Part shown: positions 45,936 to 53,399 of the stretch, piece by piece | Position numbering within the stretch: the first letter of the stretch is position 1 | How the letters are laid out: each line of letters begins with the position of its first letter | DNA from: a virus | Lineage: Duplodnaviria > Heunggongvirae > Uroviricota > Caudoviricetes | Virus record (IMG/VR): IMGVR_UViG_3300049617_000342 | Location: 18,536-82,535 of that record | DNA: 64,000 bases | Reading direction: 5' to 3' (one strand) | Notes under the pieces: model-generated | Database searches by the model: none | What the model was told of the DNA's origin: nothing | The model's input: the letters and a program-made list of their open reading frames with translations, nothing else | Translations under genes and position numbers: made by a program

Positions 45936-46850
45936 ATGCTCAAAGAGAGCACCATTTCCGAAATCAAGAGACAAATCGAAGAGCAGGGCTTCGCCCTCAT
46001 CCCCGAGTTCTACTCGCCGAGCTTCCTGAGGGAGCTGGACGACGAGGCCACCCTGATGGAGCAGCACTACACCCCCGAGAACATCGACAACCACAGCGTC
46101 TACCTCAGCGACCGCACCGACACGCGCGTCAGCAACGCCATGATGATCAGCCAGTCCGGGCGCAGCATGCTCCCCGTGGTCCCCGCGGCCGTGGAGAGCG
46201 TCGGCGGCACGACCACCCTGATGCACATAGTCCAGTTCCTCACGGACCACAACCAGATCATAGGGTCGCTCACCGGCAAGGACGTCGCCGCGAACAGCCG
46301 CAGCATGCTCAACTGGCAGCGCTACTCGGCCGGCAGCAAGCCCGTGGCCGCCCACTACGACGGCGAGTACCTCAAGTACAACAAGAAATCCCCCACCGAG
46401 TTCGAGCTGATCGAGGGCGTGCTGCCCAGGTACGTGCTCGTCCTCACGGTCCACAACGAGAACACCGACGGCCCACAGGGCACCGTGCTGACCGACCTAG
46501 AGACCGGCAAGACCTACGACGAGCTTCCCAGCAAGGAGGGCAACCTCCTGATCTTCGACAACATCCGCTTCCGACACGCGGTCCCCACGCTGCCCAAGCC
46601 CAGAAGGATGCTCGGGCTCCGAAACTGGGACCACAAGGGCGTGCACTACGTCCGCACCCCGGACCTAGCCAACGAGCTCAGCCAGTACCAGGTGATGCCC
46701 GACGGAGGCTTCCACTCGGTCCTAGACCTGATGAAGGTCCCCCTGGTGCAGCGCGAGTTCAGCGCCATCAACCGCCAGATCGACTTCATGATCGGCGGCG
46801 AGTGGGAGAAGATGCGGGCCCAGCAGAAGTCCGAGGGGGCGGTGTTCTGA
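45936..46850 (+). CDS. putative 2-oxoglutarate/Fe(II)-dependent dioxygenase-like protein
   Basis: 304 aa. The HYDGEY (HxD) … FRHAV (distal His) spacing is compatible with the 2OG-oxygenase facial triad. This is weak, motif-only evidence. Confidence 0.35.
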   Translation: MLKESTISEIKRQIEEQGFALIPEFYSPSFLRELDDEATLMEQHYTPENIDNHSVYLSDRTDTRVSNAMMISQSGRSMLPVVPAAVESVGGTTTLMHIVQFLTDHNQIIGSLTGKDVAANSRSMLNWQRYSAGSKPVAAHYDGEYLKYNKKSPTEFELIEGVLPRYVLVLTVHNENTDGPQGTVLTDLETGKTYDELPSKEGNLLIFDNIRFRHAVPTLPKPRRMLGLRNWDHKGVHYVRTPDLANELSQYQVMPDGGFHSVLDLMKVPLVQREFSAINRQIDFMIGGEWEKMRAQQKSEGAVF

Positions 46851-47242
46851 TGACGGCCGCCAACCTGAACGTAGCCATACGCGACGAGGAGGGGTTCACC
46901 ATCTTCAGCGCCGACAAGTGCACCATGGTCGACTCCCTAATAGCGACCACCGAGGAGTCGATCATACACCAGGGCCAGGGCAACAAGCTGATAGTCTCCA
47001 CCGTGGAGGTGCAGGGGCCGATCAGGAGGACCTACAAGGTCGACAAGTGGAACATGTCCGCCAACCTCCAGGGCAGGTACTCCATGAGCATAATCACCAG
47101 CGACGAGGTCCAGGGCGTGCACCTCGGCCGCGGCACGCCGGCAGCCGGGTTCGTGCCCGTGGCCCCGCCGGCCCAGAAGAAGAAGTGCAGCTGCACCATG
47201 AGGACCCTCATGATGCGCGGCTGCCAGTGCGGTGGCCAGTGA
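46850..47242 (+). CDS. hypothetical protein with C-terminal 4-Cys motif (130 aa)
   Basis: Ends …KCSCTMRTLMMRGCQCGGQ. ATG overlaps the upstream stop (TGATG). Confidence 0.45.
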   Translation: MTAANLNVAIRDEEGFTIFSADKCTMVDSLIATTEESIIHQGQGNKLIVSTVEVQGPIRRTYKVDKWNMSANLQGRYSMSIITSDEVQGVHLGRGTPAAGFVPVAPPAQKKKCSCTMRTLMMRGCQCGGQ

Positions 47243-47379
47243 GTCGCGCGCTGATCAACGTCCTCTGGATCGTGAACATCCTCATCCTGATATTCTGGAC
47301 CGTGCCCCAGTTCAAGCGCATCTACAGCGAGCGGCACTGCACGGACAACTCGTGCCCCTACGTGGCGCCGGGCAAATGA
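47239..47379 (+). CDS. small membrane protein (46 aa, GTG)
   Basis: VSRALINVLWIVNILILIFWTVPQF… GTGA overlap with the upstream stop. Confidence 0.3.
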   Translation: MSRALINVLWIVNILILIFWTVPQFKRIYSERHCTDNSCPYVAPGK

Positions 47380-47507
47380 GCCTCGACTTCTACATGCTGA
47401 TGTGCGGGTACTCGGTGTCGTTCATGTTCTACTGGAGCAACCCCATGTTCAACTGCCACACCATACTGGACAACCGCAGGGTGATGATCGCCATGGAGAA
47501 GAAGTGA
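47376..47507 (+). CDS. small hydrophobic protein (43 aa)
   Basis: MSLDFYMLMCGYSVSFMFYWSNPMF… ATGA overlap with the upstream stop. Confidence 0.3.
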   Translation: MSLDFYMLMCGYSVSFMFYWSNPMFNCHTILDNRRVMIAMEKK

Positions 47508-48091
47508 AGATAGCGGTGGGTGGGGCCCCGGGCAGCGGCAAGTCCACCATGGTCGCCGGCCTCTTCCACAGGCTGAAGACCAACGGCGTGCGCGCCGAGA
47601 TGGTGCCCGAGCTCATCAAGTACAAGGTCTACGACGGCGTGGACTTCACGCGCACGGGCTTCGACATCAGCAACACACTAGAGCAGCAGAAGCTCGAGGA
47701 GATCTTCGACAAGGCGCTGAGGAACGGCGACATAGACGTGGCCCTCTGCGAGGCGCCGCTCTGCAACGGGTTCTTCTACGCCACGTTCTACGGCAAGGAC
47801 CTCGAGGTCAGCGTGCTCAAGGCGATCACCGAGAAGGCCATGAAGAGCTACGACAAGTTCCTGCTCGTGCAGAGGCCCGACGAGGCGGACTACCAGGAGT
47901 TCGGCCGGCACGAGTCCAAGGGCAAGAGCGCGATGCTGCACGACCACATACGCCGCCGGCTGGGCCACCTGGGCGTCAGCGACCGGGTCGTCGTAGCCAG
48001 CGCGTTCGACGCCCCCGCCAAGGTCGCGGAACTCCTGGGGATAGAGAAGGACGCCAAAACCGCTGGCAATTCGGCCGGGGTCGTGATATGA
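47504..48091 (+). CDS. P-loop nucleotide/nucleoside kinase-like protein (paralogue of 41678)
   Basis: GTG start. VKIAVGGAPGSGKSTMVAGLFHRLK…VPELIKYKVY parallels GGPGAGKTT…SELVREYVKDWVW in the other kinase. Confidence 0.5.
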   Translation: MKIAVGGAPGSGKSTMVAGLFHRLKTNGVRAEMVPELIKYKVYDGVDFTRTGFDISNTLEQQKLEEIFDKALRNGDIDVALCEAPLCNGFFYATFYGKDLEVSVLKAITEKAMKSYDKFLLVQRPDEADYQEFGRHESKGKSAMLHDHIRRRLGHLGVSDRVVVASAFDAPAKVAELLGIEKDAKTAGNSAGVVI

Positions 48092-48110
48092 TTAAGGACT
48101 GGAGTATCCG

Positions 48111-48305
48111 ATGTGCCTGCTCTGCATTGAAATAGCCAAGGGAAACATGACGTACGGCGAGTACATACGCGCCCGCCGCGAGTTCGTCGGCACGACCAAC
48201 GAGGAGAGGGACCACCTCAAGGACCTCGACAGGATGACCATAGACCAGTTCGCCAGCGACGGTATAGACGAGCTGATGAAACCCAAGGAGAGCAAGAGAC
48301 CATGA
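48111..48305 (+). CDS. hypothetical protein (64 aa)
   Basis: ORF in the track. Confidence 0.35.
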   Translation: MCLLCIEIAKGNMTYGEYIRARREFVGTTNEERDHLKDLDRMTIDQFASDGIDELMKPKESKRP

Positions 48306-48598
48306 GAGTCTGGAAGGTCAGGATCATAGGGCAGGGAGCCGGCAACATAGAGAAGACGCTCAACGAGATAGAGAGAACCCCCGGGGTCACGCTACACCAG
48401 ATTCTGGTGACTGACCACGGCGTTAACGTCGTGACGTACACGGAGAAGGATGTATCCAATGAAGCAGGCAAGACAGGAAAAGCGAAGCCAGGTCCAGGTG
48501 GCGATACTGAGGGCGCGGGCGGTGTCTGCCAAGCAGGTACTCTTCCCGACCGCAGGGCTGGGAAAGACGACAACGCAGGTACAACTCTCCTTAACTGA
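48302..48598 (+). CDS. hypothetical protein; tail overlaps a +1 ORF at 48450..48665
   Basis: The N-terminal 55 aa are protein-like; the G/K/A-rich tail is doubtful. Confidence 0.3.
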   Translation: MRVWKVRIIGQGAGNIEKTLNEIERTPGVTLHQILVTDHGVNVVTYTEKDVSNEAGKTGKAKPGPGGDTEGAGGVCQAGTLPDRRAGKDDNAGTTLLN

Positions 48599-48665
48599 GC
48601 AGGGGTACAGCGTGGTGCCCGAGAACGTTCGCGGCAACCCGTACCTCAGAATAGGGTGGAAATGA
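48450..48665 (+). CDS. hypothetical protein (71 aa) with GLGKTT P-loop-like segment
   Basis: ORF in the track. Confidence 0.3.
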   Translation: MYPMKQARQEKRSQVQVAILRARAVSAKQVLFPTAGLGKTTTQVQLSLTEQGYSVVPENVRGNPYLRIGWK

Positions 48666-49021
48666 CATACGACAGAGAACCGAAGACAGAGAACACCAAC
48701 GGCAAGGGCGGCGCGTTCGAGCTCAAGTACGGCTACAGGAGCCGACGGCAGTTCCTCCTCGCCAGAAGCGTCAACCCGGACGTGTTCGAGAACATGGCCC
48801 GCGACCACTGGTGGTTCCAGAAGTCCGCTCTCCTTCACCCCGAGTGCCCCAGCCACATACGCGACTGGTTCTCCAGGGACCCGGTCTGGTACAAGCGCCT
48901 CGTGGCGTACTTCGCGACCAAGGGCCCCGAGGGCTACTGGTCCAAATCCGCCAACGACCCCGACAAGAGAATCCAGCGCATCTACCGCGCCATAACCCTA
49001 GTCCCATCGAAGATGGCATGA
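48656..49021 (+). CDS. hypothetical protein (121 aa)
   Basis: ORF in the track. Confidence 0.4.
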   Translation: MEMTYDREPKTENTNGKGGAFELKYGYRSRRQFLLARSVNPDVFENMARDHWWFQKSALLHPECPSHIRDWFSRDPVWYKRLVAYFATKGPEGYWSKSANDPDKRIQRIYRAITLVPSKMA

Positions 49022-49203
49022 CCGCCGCGATGATGTCCATGATAATGAGTTGGTGCGCCGCGGTCCACACCGTCGGGCCCGTGGTCGTCAACGGCCCCAA
49101 CCGCGAGCTCCAGTGCCGCGAGACGCTGATCAAGTGCGTCGACGGGATGAGCGAGCTCACCAACTCCATACCGGCCGACTGCCTCAAGAGGTCTCTCGAG
49201 TGA
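49018..49203 (+). CDS. hypothetical Cys-containing small protein (61 aa)
   Basis: ATGA overlap. Sequence MTAAMMSMIMSWCAAVHTVG…. Confidence 0.3.
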   Translation: MTAAMMSMIMSWCAAVHTVGPVVVNGPNRELQCRETLIKCVDGMSELTNSIPADCLKRSLE

Positions 49204-49376
49204 AGGTGCTCCTGGCAGTGCTGCTGGGGTTCCCGTGGCTCACCACTATCATCCTCTGGAAGGCCCTCAAAAACAGCAAGCAGGTAAACAAGCTCCTGGC
49301 GGACATAAACGCCGACATGGCGAGGAGGCTCGGGCAGCTCAGGGCCGTCGTCAACAGGAACAGCAAGGAGCTATAG
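49200..49376 (+). CDS. small membrane protein (58 aa, GTG)
   Basis: VKVLLAVLLGFPWLTTIILWKAL…. Confidence 0.3.
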   Translation: MKVLLAVLLGFPWLTTIILWKALKNSKQVNKLLADINADMARRLGQLRAVVNRNSKEL

Positions 49377-50107
49377 TGTCGAAGAAAAAGAAGGCTGGAC
49401 CGGCCAAGAAGGTGAATCCCAAGGACGACTACCCCGACGGGGTGATGGCGCCAATGCACTCCAGCGAGGCGCCGGTCAAGCTGAGCCACTGCGACTACCC
49501 CATCACGAACGTCATGGTCGACTCGGCCGAGGCCCTGGTAGAGCTAGCGGACAGCCAGCTCAAGATACTGGGCGACAGCGAGATGTACGGCTACACCATC
49601 GGGCTCATGCCCGGCTACGACAACGTCGCCCCGAGCAGGGTGTTCGGGCCCGTGGCCCTCATGACCTACTTCAACGTCAACCTCAAGCCCCGCATAGACA
49701 TGGCCACCATACAGCAGAACTGCCCGGACGCCAAGGGGAAGAGCGTCGACCGCATACTCCAGGGCTGGTACGGCGAGGACCTGTTCTTCGGCGTGGAGAA
49801 CTGCGCGAAGATCCTCAGGGCCAACCCGACCACCAAGCGCGCCGTCATAACCCTCGGGCGCCGGTTCCTCGAGGCCGACAGGGACGCCAGCGAGTGGAAG
49901 TGCATGCGCGAGCTGGTGTTCACGCTCCGAGACGGCAAGCTCAACTGCCACGCCTTCGCCAGGGCCCAGGCCCTAGAGGTGCTACCCAAGAACCTCTTCG
50001 TGAACACTTCGATACAGCGCGTGCTGGCCGAGAAGATCGGCGCGGAGCCGGGCTGGTACCTACACACCATGGCCCTGCTGTTCAGGGGCGGACAGGACAA
50101 GACATGA
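49376..50107 (+). CDS. thymidylate synthase family enzyme (ThyA / dNMP 5-hydroxymethylase-like)
   Basis: 243 aa with a GTG start (TAGTG overlap). The core KCMRELVFTLRDGKLNCHAFARAQ aligns with ThyA …[22 protein letters not shown]… (catalytic Cys, DGKL, second Cys/His). The size matches T4 dCMP hydroxymethylase (246 aa). Confidence 0.55.
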   Translation: MSKKKKAGPAKKVNPKDDYPDGVMAPMHSSEAPVKLSHCDYPITNVMVDSAEALVELADSQLKILGDSEMYGYTIGLMPGYDNVAPSRVFGPVALMTYFNVNLKPRIDMATIQQNCPDAKGKSVDRILQGWYGEDLFFGVENCAKILRANPTTKRAVITLGRRFLEADRDASEWKCMRELVFTLRDGKLNCHAFARAQALEVLPKNLFVNTSIQRVLAEKIGAEPGWYLHTMALLFRGGQDKT

Positions 50108-50337
50108 GCCAGAGAGAGATAAGCTTCAAGGACGAGTACGTCCCGGGGCCAGGCGACCGCAGCGAGCGCGAGCACGTCGACCTCATAGCCAAGGCCAACA
50201 CCGGGATGCGCGCCCTGAGGACCATCAGCGAGAAGTACGGCGACATGACGACCCAGGTCCGCGGCGACACCAAGGAAAGGCTCGAGGTCGGGGACAACTA
50301 CAAGAACATAGACATACAGTTCGAGGTGAAGAAGTGA
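50104..50337 (+). CDS. hypothetical protein (77 aa)
   Basis: ATGA overlap. Confidence 0.35.
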   Translation: MSQREISFKDEYVPGPGDRSEREHVDLIAKANTGMRALRTISEKYGDMTTQVRGDTKERLEVGDNYKNIDIQFEVKK

Positions 50338-50555
50338 AGTCCTACCTCGTCTCGAAGACCATAGCCAGCGTCCTCAAGACGGTCAAGGAGGGCGGGATGC
50401 TCACAGACGGCAAGAGCTACTGGAAGATGGGAAGCCAGGGGGTCGCGTACCCGGTGGACAAGAGGGGCACCCGCGTGTCGAAGGGCACCGAGCTGTGGTC
50501 CAACTGCACCATAGAAAAGAACGCCTACTGGCCCGGGCTCAAGAAGGTCAAGTGA
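50334..50555 (+). CDS. hypothetical protein (73 aa)
   Basis: GTGA overlap. Confidence 0.35.
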   Translation: MKSYLVSKTIASVLKTVKEGGMLTDGKSYWKMGSQGVAYPVDKRGTRVSKGTELWSNCTIEKNAYWPGLKKVK

Positions 50556-50782
50556 AGGGGTTCATCCTCAGCGTCAACTACCCGCTGGGCGCGGGGATCA
50601 TCAAGGCGCAGAACGGCCGCAAGTACTGCTTCCTGATGAAGGACCTGGGCGACGGGTACCCACCCGAGATCTACCCTCCCAAGAACGAAGACGACGTAGA
50701 GTTCGAGAAGGGCGCGCAGGGCCGCTTCGGGTACCCCGAGGCAACCAAGCTACGGTGGCTGAGCCGAATGGAGATAAAGTGA
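50552..50782 (+). CDS. hypothetical protein (76 aa)
   Basis: GTGA overlap. Confidence 0.3.
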   Translation: MKGFILSVNYPLGAGIIKAQNGRKYCFLMKDLGDGYPPEIYPPKNEDDVEFEKGAQGRFGYPEATKLRWLSRMEIK

Positions 50783-50973
50783 AATACAACGTCAAGATCA
50801 GGGTGACCATGAGCGGGGCCGAGACGGAGCAGTTCGAGGCAGCAGACGCCTCGCTGGCAAGGGCGGCCGCCGAGGAGTACGCCTCCAAGCAGCTGGTGGA
50901 CATGGCAAAGGAGACGAGCCCCGAGGACGAGTTCAAGTCGAGCTTCGTCATCGAGGAAGTGAAGGAAGCTTGA
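50779..50973 (+). CDS. hypothetical acidic protein (64 aa)
   Basis: GTGA overlap. Confidence 0.3.
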   Translation: MKYNVKIRVTMSGAETEQFEAADASLARAAAEEYASKQLVDMAKETSPEDEFKSSFVIEEVKEA

Positions 50974-51395
50974 ACGGCCTTCCCAAGCAGGTCATCGTCA
51001 TCAGGCGGGACCTCGGCATGAAGAAGGGCAAGATGGTCGCCCAGGGCGCCCACGCGAGCCTGGCCGTCTTCCTGAGCAAGGAGAACTTCTGGGCAGTGGA
51101 CGGGGAGCTCGGCGGCTTCGACTACTACTTCCACAACGGCGACGCCGAGGGCAAGATGCACGAGGCCATCGGAGAGTGGTTCAGCGGCAAGTTCACCAAG
51201 ATAGTCGTGGGAGTGGAGGGCGAGGCCGAGCTCAGGGCCGTATACGAGAAGGCGAGGGAGCTGCACCTGCCCTGCTCGCTGATACAGGACGCGGGCGAGA
51301 CCCAGGTGGCGCCCGGGAGCTTCACGGCGGCGGCCATCGGCCCCGGACCGGCGGAGATGATAGACGGCATAACAGGAGGCCTGAGGTTGCTATGA
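50970..51395 (+). CDS. peptidyl-tRNA hydrolase, PTH2 family
   Basis: KQVIVIRRDLGMKKGKMVAQGAHAS matches the PTH2 N-terminal signature (vRtDLkMgkGKiaAQcsHA). TTG start assumed; the start is uncertain. Confidence 0.6.
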   Translation: MNGLPKQVIVIRRDLGMKKGKMVAQGAHASLAVFLSKENFWAVDGELGGFDYYFHNGDAEGKMHEAIGEWFSGKFTKIVVGVEGEAELRAVYEKARELHLPCSLIQDAGETQVAPGSFTAAAIGPGPAEMIDGITGGLRLL

Positions 51396-51649
51396 GCAAG
51401 AAGACCACGTTGAAGCAGTTCGAGAAGAGCGGGTGGAGATTCCCCAACGGCCTGAACTCCTTCGAGAAGAAGGAGTACCTGAAGGTCTGGTCCACCGGGA
51501 AGTTCCCCAAGCACATGAAGGTCAAGATCGACAAGGACTTCGAGGCGACCAGCGCCATGGCCAGGGTCCTGGGCTACGGTAAGATCAGCTTCATAGCCAG
51601 GAAGACCAGGCGGTCGCCCTTCTACGCGGTGCTCAAGCTAGTCAAATGA
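51392..51649 (+). CDS. hypothetical basic protein (85 aa)
   Basis: ATGA overlap. Confidence 0.35.
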   Translation: MSKKTTLKQFEKSGWRFPNGLNSFEKKEYLKVWSTGKFPKHMKVKIDKDFEATSAMARVLGYGKISFIARKTRRSPFYAVLKLVK

Positions 51650-51855
51650 CCATGCCATCGGAGCGCTCCAGGGCGATAGGCTACGCGCACCAGTTCCTCA
51701 GGGACCTGCTCGACCCCAAGAAGACCCCCAGGGTGCCCAAGGCGATCAGGCAGCGGGCCCTCAGGGTGCTGCGCCACTACCCGTCGAACCTCTACGTCGA
51801 CATGGCCGCCAAGGTCGTGCCCGACATATTCGGCAACCGAAAGGACAACCCGTGA
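51646..51855 (+). CDS. hypothetical protein (69 aa)
   Basis: ATGA overlap. Confidence 0.35.
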   Translation: MTMPSERSRAIGYAHQFLRDLLDPKKTPRVPKAIRQRALRVLRHYPSNLYVDMAAKVVPDIFGNRKDNP

Positions 51856-52190
51856 GAAACTCCAACTGGCTAGCGGACGCCGTGATCCTGTTCGCGTACT
51901 GCCTGGCGGCCGCGGTCGCCGTCCCGGCGCTCGCCGACAACTGGGACCTGCCGACGGCCTCCGTTGCCCACGAGAAGTCCGTGGCCAACGACAAGGCGCA
52001 GGAGAGGGCGCAGGCCGAGGAGACCTGGCACTACGTCATCAAGAGCGTCGACTACGCCATGCAGATGGGGGACACCCACTGCCAGGTGAACTACGAGGTC
52101 AGCCGCTTCCCCAAGATACGGCAGAACCTGGAGGCCAAGGGCTACACCTTCAAGATGATCGGGCTCAGCCTGGTCGAGGTGAGCTGGTGA
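51852..52190 (+). CDS. hypothetical protein with N-terminal hydrophobic segment (112 aa)
   Basis: GTGA overlap. Confidence 0.35.
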   Translation: MRNSNWLADAVILFAYCLAAAVAVPALADNWDLPTASVAHEKSVANDKAQERAQAEETWHYVIKSVDYAMQMGDTHCQVNYEVSRFPKIRQNLEAKGYTFKMIGLSLVEVSW

Positions 52191-52498
52191 CGCCGGACTG
52201 GGACGACCTCATAAAGGCGGTGCTCGGCGACGGGGATCTGCCCAAGGGCACAGTCACGACGTTCCAGAGCAGCGTCAGCAGCGTATCCATAGCCACCAGC
52301 GAGGACAGCAAGATGACGACGGTCAAGGTGGACGGCAAGGTCCTTACCGGCGCCGAGGCCAAGAAGGTCCAGAACGAGATAGCGGACATGCTCGCGACCT
52401 CCATGGGCGCCACGGACAAGACCAAGGAGGCCCTGGAGAAGATGAAGGCCAGCGCCGAGAAGATGGCGTCCAAGCTGAAGAAGAGGGGCAAGAAGTGA
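52187..52498 (+). CDS. hypothetical protein (103 aa)
   Basis: GTGA overlap. Confidence 0.35.
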   Translation: MTPDWDDLIKAVLGDGDLPKGTVTTFQSSVSSVSIATSEDSKMTTVKVDGKVLTGAEAKKVQNEIADMLATSMGATDKTKEALEKMKASAEKMASKLKKRGKK

Positions 52499-52815
52499 CC
52501 GAGAAGGCGCCCGAGGGCAAGGTCGACATGGAGGCCATCAGGAGGGCGCTCGGCGAGCTGACCAAGAAGCGCGTCACGATAGCCCAGCAGGTCTCGTGGT
52601 ACTTCAGGACGTACCTGCCGAAGATCGCCAAGGGCGCCGGGTACTGCAAGAGGCACGACTGGTTCTACGTGAAGGAGCCGCTGACCAGGGGCGGCCCGGT
52701 GTGCGAGTGCACGATGTGCGACCTCGAGAAGCTGACCGGCGCCGCCATCGCGGACGGCCTGAACCCCTACGACGGGTTCAAGAAGATCCCCACGGCCGCC
52801 GCCCCCAGGAAGTAG
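52495..52815 (+). CDS. hypothetical protein with CxC…C…CxxC cluster (106 aa)
   Basis: GTGA overlap. Confidence 0.35.
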   Translation: MTEKAPEGKVDMEAIRRALGELTKKRVTIAQQVSWYFRTYLPKIAKGAGYCKRHDWFYVKEPLTRGGPVCECTMCDLEKLTGAAIADGLNPYDGFKKIPTAAAPRK

Positions 52816-52848
52816 ACTAATCCAGTAACCAAATCGCAAGGAGAGCCA

Positions 52849-53148
52849 ATGAGCGAGCAGCCACAGCAGCAGTACCCGTTCCTGTTCACGGCGGCCGAGG
52901 TGAACCTCATCCTCAAGGGCCTGGAGGAGCTTCCGCACAAGCTGAGCGCGGGCCTCATAGGGCAAATCCTGAGCGGCGCGAAGGCCATAGAGGCCAAGGC
53001 GGCGGAGGCGGCCGAGAACCTGAAGAAGTCGAAGGCGGAGTACGCTGACAGGCGGGACGCGAAGGCGGAGGGGCCGAAGGTGGAGGCCAAGCCGGAGCAG
53101 CCCAAGAAGTCGTCCGGGCCGAAGCTGGCCAAGTCCCTCCAGAGCTAG
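52849..53148 (+). CDS. hypothetical protein (99 aa), Ala/Lys/Glu-rich C-terminus
   Basis: Last gene of the rightward block. Confidence 0.4.
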   Translation: MSEQPQQQYPFLFTAAEVNLILKGLEELPHKLSAGLIGQILSGAKAIEAKAAEAAENLKKSKAEYADRRDAKAEGPKVEAKPEQPKKSSGPKLAKSLQS

Positions 53149-53390
53149 GGCACGAAGGGCGGCTTGGCGGGCCACACGATGGTCGTGGGGTCCGTCTTGT
53201 TCGGGTCCATGCACGTCCTGAGCGCCTGGATGTACTGCAGAAGCTGCACGTAGAGGGGCTGCGCTAGCGTCGTCTGTATGTGCAGGGCCTGCTCGTCGAG
53301 GTGCCGGGCCCTCATCCACTCGCACTGTATTATCAGCCCGTTCCTCTTGGCCCTGGCCATGGCCATCCCGTTCTGGTTCCTAGCTGGCAT
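53145..53390 (-). CDS. hypothetical protein (81 aa)
   Basis: Its stop overlaps the stop of the convergent plus-strand gene (cTAGg read on both strands). Confidence 0.4.
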   Translation of the reverse strand: MPARNQNGMAMARAKRNGLIIQCEWMRARHLDEQALHIQTTLAQPLYVQLLQYIQALRTCMDPNKTDPTTIVWPAKPPFVP

Positions 53391-53399
53391 TCAACCCTC

